Virus record (IMG/VR): IMGVR_UViG_3300045988_113377 | Location: 1 to 64,000 of that record | DNA from: a virus | Direction: 5' to 3' (one strand) | Length of the DNA stretch: 64,000 nucleotides | Part shown: positions 18,609-28,630 of the stretch, piece after piece | Layout: each line of letters opens with the position of its first letter | Numbering within the stretch: position 1 is the first letter of the stretch | The notes under the pieces: model-generated | What the model was told of the DNA's origin: nothing | The model's input: the letters and a program-made list of their open reading frames with translations, nothing else | Database searches by the model: none | Position numbers and translations under genes: made by a program

Positions 18609-19279
18609 AAACAATTTTTGATTTAAGCAGAGATGAGATTGTGGAATTGACAGACGAAGACATAAGTCTGTATATAGACAAAGAGCTTGCTAATAAAGGT
18701 ATTCCAATTGAAGCTAAAAACTGGAATATAAAGAACAAAAAAGAAATCTCGTACCCCAAAACAGGAGTTCCATTATTTGTATTAAAAGATATCGGCATCG
18801 GTTTTAGAACCATAGAAGGTGCAACTGAGGTGGCTAATTTGCTTGTCAAGTATAATGCATTTAAAACAGAATCGAGATATCTGGCAGGATCGTATGAACA
18901 GTTTTGGATCATGAAGGAGAGTGTTTGCCCGGCTGTTAAAGGAGAAACAGGATATAGCGAGGAAGAGTTTGATAAGATAGATGAGAAAAATAAAAACCCT
19001 GAATTGACAGGTATAAATACCTTCAATGACACCGTGAAAAAAGTCAATGAAATCAAAGATAGGGTATTGAAATACGTGTACAATATAAAACAAGAGCGTT
19101 CATATAACAATGACATGGTTGGCATCTTTGAGAGGTATAAGGATATAGCAGATGGCGACATGGAGGTGGCTATGAATTTTATCAAGGAGGCCTATCCATT
19201 CAATGAAGAAACAGAGGTGTTTATCAGAAAAAAGTTCGACATGTTTATACCAGTTCCTATACCTGACGAATTAAAATAG
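18605..19279 (+). CDS. hypothetical protein (224 aa)
   Basis: ORF, ATGA overlap. Confidence 0.55.
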   Translation: MKTIFDLSRDEIVELTDEDISLYIDKELANKGIPIEAKNWNIKNKKEISYPKTGVPLFVLKDIGIGFRTIEGATEVANLLVKYNAFKTESRYLAGSYEQFWIMKESVCPAVKGETGYSEEEFDKIDEKNKNPELTGINTFNDTVKKVNEIKDRVLKYVYNIKQERSYNNDMVGIFERYKDIADGDMEVAMNFIKEAYPFNEETEVFIRKKFDMFIPVPIPDELK

Positions 19280-19305
19280 CAGCAATTAAGCTAAATTAAA
19301 TCATT

Positions 19306-19614
19306 TTGAATCTTTTTTATTATCGAAAGACATATCTTTGTCCAAAAAAAACAAACATAATGGAAGAAAAAGAGATAAAAGAAGCTATGATTGAAGCCCT
19401 GACGCACTTAGAGGGGTGTAAGTATTTCGTGGCTACGATAGTAAATAAAGAGGAAAGAAGATTTGATATGAGCCTAAGAATGTCACAGTATCAATTGGCG
19501 TTAGTTATAAAAGGCATCTTATCTAATAATGAAATGATGATGATGGACGTTTTGCAGTGGTGTTCTGAAAGACTTAAAAATAGTATAGAGAAAGGAAAGA
19601 AATCAACTAATTAA
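19306..19614 (+). CDS. hypothetical protein (start likely ATG 19360, MEEKEIKEAM)
   Basis: ORF only. Confidence 0.45.
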   Translation: MNLFYYRKTYLCPKKTNIMEEKEIKEAMIEALTHLEGCKYFVATIVNKEERRFDMSLRMSQYQLALVIKGILSNNEMMMMDVLQWCSERLKNSIEKGKKSTN

Positions 19615-19625
19615 ATATTAATACA

Positions 19626-20096
19626 ATGAATCGCTGGTTTGAAATTACGGTAAAAGCCGAGATTGATAATATCGAGAACGGCAAAAAAAAGAAAGTAACT
19701 GAAAAGTATTTGGTAGATGCCTTATCTTATACAGAGGCAGAATCAAGATCTTTAGAGATTTTCAAGGATTTATTTCAAGTGTTCGACATTGTTAAAATAA
19801 ATCCTATTAAAGTGTCGGAAATCTTCTTCAACGGAGAAGCTGAGTACTGGTATAAGTGTAAGGTAAATTACATTACACTGGATGAAAAGAAAGGTAAAGA
19901 AAAGAAAATTCCATGCTATATGTATGTCCAGGCCGGCAATCCTAAGGATGCCGAAGCTGTGTTGACTAAAGGTATGCAGGGCACGTTAGGCGACTGGAAT
20001 TGCGAAGCTATTGCTGAAACGAAGATCATTGACGTATTCAAATATGATCTTCAGAAGGGAGCTGAAAAATTAGGCGAGAAGAAGAGTGAAGAGTAA
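19626..20096 (+). CDS. hypothetical protein (156 aa)
   Basis: ORF only. Confidence 0.5.
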   Translation: MNRWFEITVKAEIDNIENGKKKKVTEKYLVDALSYTEAESRSLEIFKDLFQVFDIVKINPIKVSEIFFNGEAEYWYKCKVNYITLDEKKGKEKKIPCYMYVQAGNPKDAEAVLTKGMQGTLGDWNCEAIAETKIIDVFKYDLQKGAEKLGEKKSEE

Positions 20097-20325
20097 GGCT
20101 GATGTAGTTTCCAACATAGCGCTTGTTGTGGCGATAATATCATTGCTTTCAGCAGGCGCTTTCCTTCTGATAGTGATTAAGACAGACGAGGTATCTAAAT
20201 TATTAATGAACGTACCTTATCTACTGGCTTCGGCGGGATTGTTCTTTTCAATAATATCATTATTATTCGAATGGAAAGCAAGGAAAAGAAGCTATACGTC
20301 TGCGAACGATGCGGACGAAAAGTGA
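20086..20325 (+). CDS. small membrane protein (two TM helices)
   Basis: hydrophobic segments VSNIALVVAIISLLSAGAFLLIVI and LLASAGLFFSIISLLF. Confidence 0.4.
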   Translation: MKSKADVVSNIALVVAIISLLSAGAFLLIVIKTDEVSKLLMNVPYLLASAGLFFSIISLLFEWKARKRSYTSANDADEK

Positions 20326-20792
20326 TGATAAGAAGTCATGGCTTATGCCAGGCTTGCAGGAGCAAAGAGTTGACTCCGAAGAAGAAAAACAGAATTACAT
20401 CCATTAAAAACAGCAGCAAGAAGAAAAAGTTAGAGAGCCCGGATTTATCCGGGTTTTTTCGTCTTATGCTGGAAGAGCTAAATAGTATTCGGATGTCTAT
20501 GACTGGTAGGGCTATTCATTTTCCTACAGTATGTAACGTATGTCACATACTTCCGAAAAGGATATATAAGTCGGTTGCCACTTGCAGAGATAATATAGTT
20601 TTTCTACATGAATCGGAGCATACGGTATTCGACATGTATCTTGACCGGATAGAATTTGATAAACTTGAAACAGAATTTCCTTTTGTGTGGAAATATGCGG
20701 TAAAGAAGGTACTGGATATGGAAAGCAGGGGAATGATTAAAGAAAGAGGTAGGTTGATTATTGAAATAATTGACAGATATAACCCCAAATAG
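20271..20792 (+). CDS. Zn-ribbon protein, possible HNH-like nuclease (173 aa)
   Basis: CERCGRK...CQAC then CNVCH...N...H..EH. Confidence 0.35.
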   Translation: MESKEKKLYVCERCGRKVMIRSHGLCQACRSKELTPKKKNRITSIKNSSKKKKLESPDLSGFFRLMLEELNSIRMSMTGRAIHFPTVCNVCHILPKRIYKSVATCRDNIVFLHESEHTVFDMYLDRIEFDKLETEFPFVWKYAVKKVLDMESRGMIKERGRLIIEIIDRYNPK

Positions 20793-20874
20793 TATTTGAG
20801 AAAGCAGCCACAGATATTGATGAGACTGTAACTGTGTTGTATTATGTTAAAGAGGAATTAATTGAGAAATTGCG

Positions 20875-22194
20875 ATGATAGAACAGAAAATAAAAATATT
20901 GACAGATTTAGGGTTTGTACCTATGGTGGAGGGAAAAGGAAATACGTTGTTTAGAATGAACGATGTTGTGATGTCGGTGTCAGATCCTAATCAAACACCG
21001 GAGCAATTGAGAAAGGAAGTTATGTCTTTAATAAAAAACAAAGACATAGCAGAAAGAGGCGGACAGGTTCCAGTAGTTAAAGAGCCGGCGCCTGAGCCAG
21101 AGCAGGCCCAGAAGGAGGAACCGGAAGCTCCGGCGGAGGAAGCCGCTCCTAACCCTGGAGAAGAGGATTCGAATCCGTTTACAGAAAATCAGGAAACGTT
21201 AGAACCGTTTTATATCTGTGATGAGTTAAAGAAGATCGAGACTCCCAAATTCGTAAGATTAACATTAGACGGTAATCGTTTTTATGTAAGAAAGATGGAC
21301 GATGGAACAGCCAAGATATATGCTTCGGTAACAACCATGATCAGAGACGGATTCGTAGATGACAAGACGGCTCTTCAAGAATGGAGACAGGAGATGAGGA
21401 TGATTGGTCGCAATCCGGAAGAAGTATCAGAATATGATGCAGATAAAGGAACGATCATGCACTACCTATACGGATTGTACTTGACAGGTAGAGATATGGT
21501 CTTAAATCGAAGTTTTATAGTTAAGACAGTGCAAGAAGGCAAGCTTAAAATATCAAAAAAGAATCTTGACAAATTCTTTGGTAGCATAGATGATCTTGAC
21601 GATATGATTGTCAGAGTTATGAAGTTTGCTAAGTTTTGTTCGGAGTATAAGGTTAAGCCGATGATGATTGAAAGAATATTATCATTAGAAGATTATTTGG
21701 TAGCTACGCCGATAGATGCGATGGTTAAAATGACATTCAAGTACAAAGAAGAAGGTTATTTTGGAGCCGTGTATCAAAGGGCTACGGGGCAGTTTAAAAA
21801 AGGTGATCCGAAGAAGGAGGTAAGAGACGTGGAGAAGGAAGAAGTGGTTATTCTCGACTTTAAATCAGGGGGAATATGGGAATCATACGCATTTCAATTA
21901 GAAGCTGAAAGAAGAATGGTTAAAGCATGGTATGGGATTGATGCACGTATTATGAACTTTTCTCCAAAAAGCACGAGCAGCAAAGGATATACGTTGAAAG
22001 AATGGACAGAAGACAGTATAGCACTTGAAAAGGCGGACTGCGTGTTCCAACAAGGTATGTTGAATCACCTTAGAAAAGATAAGAAGTTCAAAGTGAGAAA
22101 AGGAGTGCTGAATATCAATAAGCCGTACAATGAAGAGGATCATACGGTCGTGTATGATATTGCAGAGGAAATGTCTAAAAGATTCATAATATGA
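20875..22194 (+). CDS. hypothetical protein with Pro/Glu-rich linker and possible PD-(D/E)XK-like motif (PID...ILDFK), 439 aa
   Basis: motif resemblance only. Confidence 0.4.
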   Translation: MIEQKIKILTDLGFVPMVEGKGNTLFRMNDVVMSVSDPNQTPEQLRKEVMSLIKNKDIAERGGQVPVVKEPAPEPEQAQKEEPEAPAEEAAPNPGEEDSNPFTENQETLEPFYICDELKKIETPKFVRLTLDGNRFYVRKMDDGTAKIYASVTTMIRDGFVDDKTALQEWRQEMRMIGRNPEEVSEYDADKGTIMHYLYGLYLTGRDMVLNRSFIVKTVQEGKLKISKKNLDKFFGSIDDLDDMIVRVMKFAKFCSEYKVKPMMIERILSLEDYLVATPIDAMVKMTFKYKEEGYFGAVYQRATGQFKKGDPKKEVRDVEKEEVVILDFKSGGIWESYAFQLEAERRMVKAWYGIDARIMNFSPKSTSSKGYTLKEWTEDSIALEKADCVFQQGMLNHLRKDKKFKVRKGVLNINKPYNEEDHTVVYDIAEEMSKRFII

Positions 22195-22424
22195 ACGATA
22201 TTGTTATTCCTGAAGGAGATTATATAGAAATCGTAAAACCGATATGCATCAATCCTTTTGGTTATTATTTTATTAACATCAAAAGGGGTTCGAGATTAAG
22301 ATTATCGAAAGATTTGAAAATAGGAGATAAATATGCAATATGTGTACTTGCATCTCATAAGAAATATGGCAAGACCATCGAAATAATAATGCCTATATTG
22401 GTCAGAAATACAAGAAGAGTATGA
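22191..22424 (+). CDS. hypothetical protein (77 aa)
   Basis: ORF, overlap. Confidence 0.4.
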   Translation: MNDIVIPEGDYIEIVKPICINPFGYYFINIKRGSRLRLSKDLKIGDKYAICVLASHKKYGKTIEIIMPILVRNTRRV

Positions 22425-22771
22425 AAAGAAAAATTAGAAGAACAGGAGAGATAATAGACGTAATCACTTTCAGTAGCTCAACTACAAGAAGCGACCATGA
22501 CAGAATACAGTTCTATGGTGATAATGGGAATGTGATAAGTGAGAGTTTAAATTTTTATCTCGATACCCTTCCTGTAAATGACGAAAACAAAGATGTAGAC
22601 TGGGAGCAACGTAGATTCGATCTTATCAAGGCTTATTCTATTGAGTTTGTTAAAGCACAAAATAGAAAAGGTGAAATAGATTGCGGAGTATATGTACCAG
22701 ATGTGGTGTCATGGTCTATAACTATAGCAGATAGAATCATAGAGGCGATGAGAGGAGTTAAAAATGCTTGA
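22421..22771 (+). CDS. hypothetical protein (116 aa)
   Basis: ORF only. Confidence 0.45.
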   Translation: MKRKIRRTGEIIDVITFSSSTTRSDHDRIQFYGDNGNVISESLNFYLDTLPVNDENKDVDWEQRRFDLIKAYSIEFVKAQNRKGEIDCGVYVPDVVSWSITIADRIIEAMRGVKNA

Positions 22772-23777
22772 TTTTAGAAAATACGAAAACGTACCTCGGT
22801 TTCAACTTGACCGCAGGCCGGGCAGGAGCCGACTGAAGCTAACCTGCCCAGCTTGCGGGAAAAGTCGGTGCCTCACTCCTTATATTGATGTGGCAACAGG
22901 TCAGGTTGTTGGCAACGAGTTCGGAAGATGCGATCATGAACGGACTTGCGGTTACGATAAACGACCTACCGGTAAGGATGTAGGTGACAAAGATCTTTGG
23001 ATTTCAGGAAACAAGTGTATAAGAGCTTATCGTCCTCCTGTAAATCCTGACGTTGTAAATTACATACCTTTTAGCGAGTTTGAGAGGACTGTGGTTCCAG
23101 ATGATAGAAATACTGTATTTAGATTTTTATCGTCTCTATGGGGAAAAGAAAGGGTATCTGACGTATTTAGAAGATATCATGTCGGAACAATGGACTTATG
23201 GGGATGGAAAGGGTGTTGTATATTCTGGCAGATAGACAAAGATTTTGTATGTAGAACCGGCAAGATCATGGACTTTTATATAAAGACCGACAGCCAGGGG
23301 AATGAGATTGATGTAAAAAGAGTGAAAGAAAAAGACGGTGACAATGAGCGGCCTCATGTTATGTTTTATCACTCGTTGCATGCAAGGGACTTCTTGTTTA
23401 GACAATGCCTGTTCGGGGAGCATCTTCTAAGCCAGTATCCGGATAAGGTGGTTAATCTGGTGGAATCAGAAAAGACGGCTATTATATGCGCTGTGAATAA
23501 ACCGGATGAGTTATTTGTGGCCACCGGAGGGTTGCAGAATCTAAGGCCGGAAGTGATAGATGTTTTAAAAGATAGAAAGACTGTAGCTTTTCCGGACAAA
23601 GGACAAGCATTTGAGACATGGAGTAAAAAGATAGATGGGATGATGATGAAGTCAAGGATAAAAGTATCGGACTATCTTCAAAATGTTGAAAATGTAGGAG
23701 ATGGAGATGATGTGGCAGATTTGATAATTAGTAACAAGGTAAAGGAAAAATATCATGAGCCTGGATGTTTATATTAA
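22764..23777 (+). CDS. putative DNA primase (N-terminal Zn-ribbon CPAC...CDHERTC; TOPRIM-like E...FPDKG segment)
   Basis: motif resemblance and position next to helicase genes. Confidence 0.45.
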   Translation: MLDFRKYENVPRFQLDRRPGRSRLKLTCPACGKSRCLTPYIDVATGQVVGNEFGRCDHERTCGYDKRPTGKDVGDKDLWISGNKCIRAYRPPVNPDVVNYIPFSEFERTVVPDDRNTVFRFLSSLWGKERVSDVFRRYHVGTMDLWGWKGCCIFWQIDKDFVCRTGKIMDFYIKTDSQGNEIDVKRVKEKDGDNERPHVMFYHSLHARDFLFRQCLFGEHLLSQYPDKVVNLVESEKTAIICAVNKPDELFVATGGLQNLRPEVIDVLKDRKTVAFPDKGQAFETWSKKIDGMMMKSRIKVSDYLQNVENVGDGDDVADLIISNKVKEKYHEPGCLY

Positions 23778-24108
23778 GAGTAAGAAGAAGGAAGAGGATC
23801 GTGAATGGGTTGCAAACATCACCCATAACATGAACAAGATGGCACAAAAAATATTCGTATCAGAAAATAAAGAAACGCTGTACGATTATGTTTGGAGACC
23901 AGAAGAATTGTATAGAGAAATATATACCAATGAGATGAAGAATGTACTTACAAAGGGTATATGTGTTATGATCTCCAAGAGAAAAAGTCTTTTGAGATAC
24001 GAGCCGGAAAACGGATGGGGGTCTTATGATTCATTTCTTAAGTTTCTTATCGAATATAAAGAGGCGTGTGAAGATAATCCAGGTTATATAATTGAAGCAA
24101 GCAGATAA
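23755..24108 (+). CDS. hypothetical protein (117 aa)
   Basis: ORF only. Confidence 0.45.
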   Translation: MSLDVYIKSKKKEEDREWVANITHNMNKMAQKIFVSENKETLYDYVWRPEELYREIYTNEMKNVLTKGICVMISKRKSLLRYEPENGWGSYDSFLKFLIEYKEACEDNPGYIIEASR

Positions 24109-24367
24109 TATGGAAAATTACAAAAACACTTTAAACGAGGTAGTGGTGATCGAATCGTCACCAGAAACGTATTTTGTTTACGCTATTCGTAATGCTATTC
24201 GTATCTCTAAATGTGCGTATCCGACAGCCAAGAAAGTAATTTTCAAAAGAGAGGATGTAGAGGTAGAGATTTCGGAAATGGAAACTGAAAACAGTTTGTA
24301 TGAAAAGTTTAAAGAAAAACAAAAGAATAGGGTATGGAACTTAATGAGCGCCAACAACGGGTTTTAA
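24092..24367 (+). CDS. hypothetical protein (91 aa)
   Basis: ORF only. Confidence 0.4.
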   Translation: MKQADNMENYKNTLNEVVVIESSPETYFVYAIRNAIRISKCAYPTAKKVIFKREDVEVEISEMETENSLYEKFKEKQKNRVWNLMSANNGF

Positions 24368-24900
24368 GAGGCGAAATTTGTCCTTATTGCGGAAGAGAAA
24401 CCGAGTTGATCAATGCCGATAAAGTATATAACAGAAAAGGCTTAGGGATGGTTATGATGTGCAAACCATGCAACGCTTATGTCGGTGTTCATGAATCAGG
24501 GCCGAATAAGGGAAAAGCTAAAGGCCGGCTTGCAGGGCCATCACTGAGGTCTCTTAAGATAAGAGTCCATGCCGAACTTGACAGACTATGGTCTACGCCG
24601 GAGGAACGGGAAAGGATGTATAAAGATTTATCTGAATTTCTCGCTATACCGGAAGAGTACACACATATAGGTATGTTTGGCGAGAAGACGATGGGAAAAG
24701 TCTTTCAGTTCTGTCATGTAAACAAAGAGCGATCAGGTTCGAGAATAGAATGGCATAAACCTGGAGATAAGTGCCCTAATAAAAACAATCAAATAGTGTC
24801 AGGCAGTAGCGCATGTAGAGGATGTCCTGAGTATCTTCATGATGAGAAAGACGGGTATGTCTGGTGTGATCCTGATATGAGCTACGGCAGGTTGAAATAG
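24334..24900 (+). CDS. Zn-finger protein (CPYCG...CKPCN; C-terminal Cys/His cluster), 188 aa
   Basis: paired CxxC motifs. Confidence 0.45.
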   Translation: MELNERQQRVLRGEICPYCGRETELINADKVYNRKGLGMVMMCKPCNAYVGVHESGPNKGKAKGRLAGPSLRSLKIRVHAELDRLWSTPEERERMYKDLSEFLAIPEEYTHIGMFGEKTMGKVFQFCHVNKERSGSRIEWHKPGDKCPNKNNQIVSGSSACRGCPEYLHDEKDGYVWCDPDMSYGRLK

Positions 24901-24954
24901 GGCGTGAATTGCCTATCTTTGTGCTATTATTAATCAAAAAAAAAATATAAGCAC

Positions 24955-25233
24955 ATGGGTAGATCGACAGAGTACTACAGGACTCATCCCGAAGCCAGGA
25001 AGAAAAAGGCTAAAAAGGACAAGGAGATAAATGCCAGACCGGAACAGAAAGCCAAACGCCGAGAGCTTGGTCGTAAAAACTACGAAACGGACAAGAAGAA
25101 GGGTAAGGGCTGGAGAAAAGGAAAGGATTGTTCTCATACCAAGAACGGTCTTAGGTATAAATCAGTAAAAGCTAATAGGGGATCCAAATCGGATACGAAA
25201 GGTGACAAAAATGCAAGAGGATCTGAAAAATAA
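24955..25233 (+). CDS. highly basic Lys/Arg-rich small protein (92 aa), possible nucleic-acid binding
   Basis: about 40% K/R, low complexity. Confidence 0.4.
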   Translation: MGRSTEYYRTHPEARKKKAKKDKEINARPEQKAKRRELGRKNYETDKKKGKGWRKGKDCSHTKNGLRYKSVKANRGSKSDTKGDKNARGSEK

Positions 25234-26329
25234 AATAGATATAAGAAGGATATTCAAGACCTCTAAACAGGTTATGGAAGAGGCGTATGAGAATATCTTG
25301 AAATACAGGCGGGGAGAGCTTATCCCCGCTAAAACCGGATACGATTATATTGATGAGGCTTTGCTTGGAGGTATTTTTCCCCAACATGCTATTGCCATAG
25401 GAGCCCGGCCATCTGTAGGTAAATCGTATGTGGCCCAAAAGATATTGGAAAATGTGATGAATCCGATGATCAACCCGCAAGCAGAAGATTATTTTCTTGT
25501 CAATTGCGAGTTCGAAATGAATCCTCAAGATCTTCTTCTTCGCAGAATGAGCCAGGATATGAAAAAACGGGCTCCTGAAATATTAAGAAGGCAAGATTCT
25601 AATACAGTAGAAGAGATGAGGATGTTTGAAATCCTTCAAGGTGAAATTAGAAATAATATAATATACATCGATGCTCCGTGTACGGTAAAAGAGTTTGAGG
25701 CGGCTGTGTATCATATAGCTACCAAACACAAAGACAAACGTCTTATAATATTTAAAGTCGATCATATTGCTTTGATAAAAAGAATGGGATTGGATCCTAA
25801 GTCGGCTATAGATGATTTGGTGGCGGTTATGAACGAGGCTAAATTAGTATATAAAAACATATTTTTCCTCATCATATCCCAATTCAACAGAGAGATAGAA
25901 GGAAGGATAAAAAGCCCTCAAGAGCAGCCTCCGCGTCTTTCTGATTTTTATCAGTCTGATACGCTGGGGCAACTATGTACGTTAATGATAGGTTTGCACA
26001 ATCCTCGTAGGTACGGGCTGGATAAGTATATGATATTTGGGAAAGACTGGTATCAGACTCTTGATAGGTTTAAAACTGAAAACAAAACATCATTCAGGAC
26101 AGCCGGGCTGGTGTTTCATCATATACTGAAGGTAAGGCAAGTTAGTATGGAAGAGCTTACTAATACAATCCACCCAGAGATACTGCCGGGACATGGATGG
26201 ATGTACGGGGAGGGCGGGACGAAGTTCGTGAACCCCAACCAGCCGCCGACGCCGCCTAAGCTCTATACTGTGGAAGACGTTACGGACAATCAGGAACAAG
26301 AGACAAAAGAAGAACAGTCATTGTATTAA
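25202..26329 (+). CDS. DnaB-like replicative helicase (RecA-fold C-terminal domain; Walker A GARPSVGKS)
   Basis: Walker A, KVDHIALI Walker-B-like strand, overall resemblance to DnaB/gp4 helicase C-domain. Confidence 0.65.
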   Translation: MTKMQEDLKNKIDIRRIFKTSKQVMEEAYENILKYRRGELIPAKTGYDYIDEALLGGIFPQHAIAIGARPSVGKSYVAQKILENVMNPMINPQAEDYFLVNCEFEMNPQDLLLRRMSQDMKKRAPEILRRQDSNTVEEMRMFEILQGEIRNNIIYIDAPCTVKEFEAAVYHIATKHKDKRLIIFKVDHIALIKRMGLDPKSAIDDLVAVMNEAKLVYKNIFFLIISQFNREIEGRIKSPQEQPPRLSDFYQSDTLGQLCTLMIGLHNPRRYGLDKYMIFGKDWYQTLDRFKTENKTSFRTAGLVFHHILKVRQVSMEELTNTIHPEILPGHGWMYGEGGTKFVNPNQPPTPPKLYTVEDVTDNQEQETKEEQSLY

Positions 26330-26343
26330 AAAAAATAAGAACC

Positions 26344-26946
26344 ATGAGACTAACAGTAGAAGAAAACGAATACCTGATAAGTAAGTTCCTTTTGGTTCTT
26401 ACTGAGTTTGCAGGGGATGAAAGAGAGATGTTTTTAATCAACTCCATACATGATAAGGCGGTGGCGGATATGAATTATCGTCTTCCGTCTTTAATAAGCA
26501 GAGAACGTAAAAGACGAGTTATTGAGCTCCTTAAAGAAGGAACCAGAATAATCAAGGACTTTTCTGGCTATGCTGGTGATATGGGTATGATTAACGAATA
26601 CGATCGTCTAAAGAAAGAAATAGGAACCGTCCAAGACCAGCTTGGTGACGTAGAAGGTCAACTTCGGGCAGCAGGAGAAGTTATTAAAAAAGAACTTGAT
26701 ATGATTGCTGACCGAATCAAAGAAGATCTTCTTGATCGAGAACTGGCTAAAAGTAATGCCGAGGCTGAAAGAAAAGCCAAAGTAGATCCGAGATACGAAG
26801 TAGCTTTAGGTGATTACAAGGAGATGCTGGAAGTGATTTTTACAACCAGAAACAAGTATTCTACGGTAGATTCTGTACATGACGATCTTCGACAGTCGGT
26901 ATCTACCGGTAGAAATTCGATTATTAAAGAAGGGTACAACAGTTAA
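26344..26946 (+). CDS. hypothetical coiled-coil protein (200 aa)
   Basis: ORF only. Confidence 0.5.
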   Translation: MRLTVEENEYLISKFLLVLTEFAGDEREMFLINSIHDKAVADMNYRLPSLISRERKRRVIELLKEGTRIIKDFSGYAGDMGMINEYDRLKKEIGTVQDQLGDVEGQLRAAGEVIKKELDMIADRIKEDLLDRELAKSNAEAERKAKVDPRYEVALGDYKEMLEVIFTTRNKYSTVDSVHDDLRQSVSTGRNSIIKEGYNS

Positions 26947-26961
26947 AAACAAGGAGGGAAT

Positions 26962-27159
26962 ATGGAAAAGAAGGAATTTAAAGTAGGAGAAGTGTTTACT
27001 GCCGGACTTGTAAGATTAAAATGTGTGGAAGGTGATACATGCGATAGGTGTATATTTGAAAAATACAATTATTGTTCATGTACAGACATGATTATTGGTC
27101 CATGTGGACATATTGATAGACAAGATAACAAGGATGTTATTTTCATTAAAGCTGATTAG
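26962..27159 (+). CDS. small Cys-rich protein (65 aa)
   Basis: strong SD AAGGAGGG; Cys pairs. Confidence 0.45.
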   Translation: MEKKEFKVGEVFTAGLVRLKCVEGDTCDRCIFEKYNYCSCTDMIIGPCGHIDRQDNKDVIFIKAD

Positions 27160-27161
27160 GT

Positions 27162-27875
27162 ATGTACATCAATTTCAGACAACTTGCAGCATCAGACATG
27201 ACTCCTAATGATCTTGCTAATCTTCTTGCCATAAGACAGAAGGATACGGTTATGATCGAAGCCATGCCGGAAGAAGATGCTGGGAGGTATATAGAGCTTG
27301 GCCTGGTTGAGAAATTAAAATCAGGCGTGATGAGATTGACCAACAAAGGAACGTCTTTTGTGAATTATATAGAGACACCGGAGATGACAGACGAGGTTCT
27401 GGAAACGTTGAAGATTATGATAGGAATGTACGAATCATATTCAAAAGACATAGGTGTCAGCAGAAAAGAAGCGGAATCCAGATTGTGTTGGTTTATGGGT
27501 AACACCTCATTCAAGAAAGAGGTCATACTTCAGGTAACGGAATCTTATATAGCAGAGTCAGGAGATTATACAATGAGCTTATGCAACTTCATATGGAAAC
27601 CGCCTTCTCAGGCTTTTTCAGTTCATATGAACCTTAAAAATTCAAAGCTCTTTGACTTAATAGCTGAAAAATTTAAGATCGCTACCGAGCCTTATTTGGA
27701 GTCTAAGAAGAATAAGGAAATGGATTGGTTGTTTGCCGTATCTAAATTGCCTACGCCGCCGGCTAAAGGCAATCCGGATTATTTGTTTACCGGAAGTTCT
27801 GAAACAGACAAAGAGCGATTGAAAAACATAAAAACGTATTTATTTAACAAAATTAGAAAGCAATGGAAAAAGTAA
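27162..27875 (+). CDS. hypothetical protein (237 aa)
   Basis: ORF only. Confidence 0.55.
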   Translation: MYINFRQLAASDMTPNDLANLLAIRQKDTVMIEAMPEEDAGRYIELGLVEKLKSGVMRLTNKGTSFVNYIETPEMTDEVLETLKIMIGMYESYSKDIGVSRKEAESRLCWFMGNTSFKKEVILQVTESYIAESGDYTMSLCNFIWKPPSQAFSVHMNLKNSKLFDLIAEKFKIATEPYLESKKNKEMDWLFAVSKLPTPPAKGNPDYLFTGSSETDKERLKNIKTYLFNKIRKQWKK

Positions 27876-28114
27876 GAATCAGAAAGATAATAGAGGATAT
27901 AATTATTACTCAGTTTCTTAATTCGGAAATAGATATAGTTCATGAAGAAGATGTGACGTTTAAAGAACTTGGATTAGATTCTGTTGATCAAATTGAACTG
28001 GAAGTGATGGTGGAACAAAAATTCAATATTGTTATTATTGATTATGATATGGAGACCATCAAAGATATGACTGATCTTGTTTACAAAATAATAACAGAAG
28101 GGTATGGGAAGTGA
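27863..28114 (+). CDS. acyl carrier protein (phosphopantetheine site LGLDS)
   Basis: FKELGLDSVDQIELEVMVEQKF matches ACP helix II / DSL motif. Confidence 0.65.
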   Translation: MEKVRIRKIIEDIIITQFLNSEIDIVHEEDVTFKELGLDSVDQIELEVMVEQKFNIVIIDYDMETIKDMTDLVYKIITEGYGK

Positions 28115-28598
28115 CATAATTTTATGCATGGCTTTAATAGCGTCATTTGCTTTTGTTATACAGTTTTTGTTGTCGATATTAGGATCTGATCTGGATACGG
28201 ATATTGACATTGACAGTGCTTCTGATTTAAGTATGTCTTTGTCGGACATTATATCATTCAAGGGCATAACACATTTTATTCTTGGATATAGCTGGACTAC
28301 CTACTTTTCGGGTTCCCATTTAGTAGGGGTTGTGATAGGGTCGTTTTTCTTTATCGTTTTGTTTTACGTATATAAGTTACTTCTTAAGTTAAAGCAAGAA
28401 ATGGTGTACGAATGTCCGGAAGATTTAAACGGAAGAGAAGTGGAGATAGTATTTAGATCAGGGAAGAATCATTATATGGTAAATATTTCGAAAAATGGAA
28501 GACAGGAGCAAATGAGAGTAAGATGCTTGTCTGGAAAAACTTACAAAAACGGTGACAAGGTGAATATAAAATACGAAGAAGGAGAACTAAGTATCTAA
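28104..28598 (+). CDS. NfeD/YqiJ-like membrane protein (3 TM helices + C-terminal OB-fold beta-barrel)
   Basis: hydrophobic N-half; C-terminal GREVEIVFRSG...YKNGDKVNIKYEEGELSI; immediately upstream of SPFH gene as in yqiJK. Confidence 0.6.
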   Translation: MGSDIILCMALIASFAFVIQFLLSILGSDLDTDIDIDSASDLSMSLSDIISFKGITHFILGYSWTTYFSGSHLVGVVIGSFFFIVLFYVYKLLLKLKQEMVYECPEDLNGREVEIVFRSGKNHYMVNISKNGRQEQMRVRCLSGKTYKNGDKVNIKYEEGELSI

Positions 28599-28630
28599 TT
28601 TTTTTTATCAACAATTAAATTTTAAAAGTT

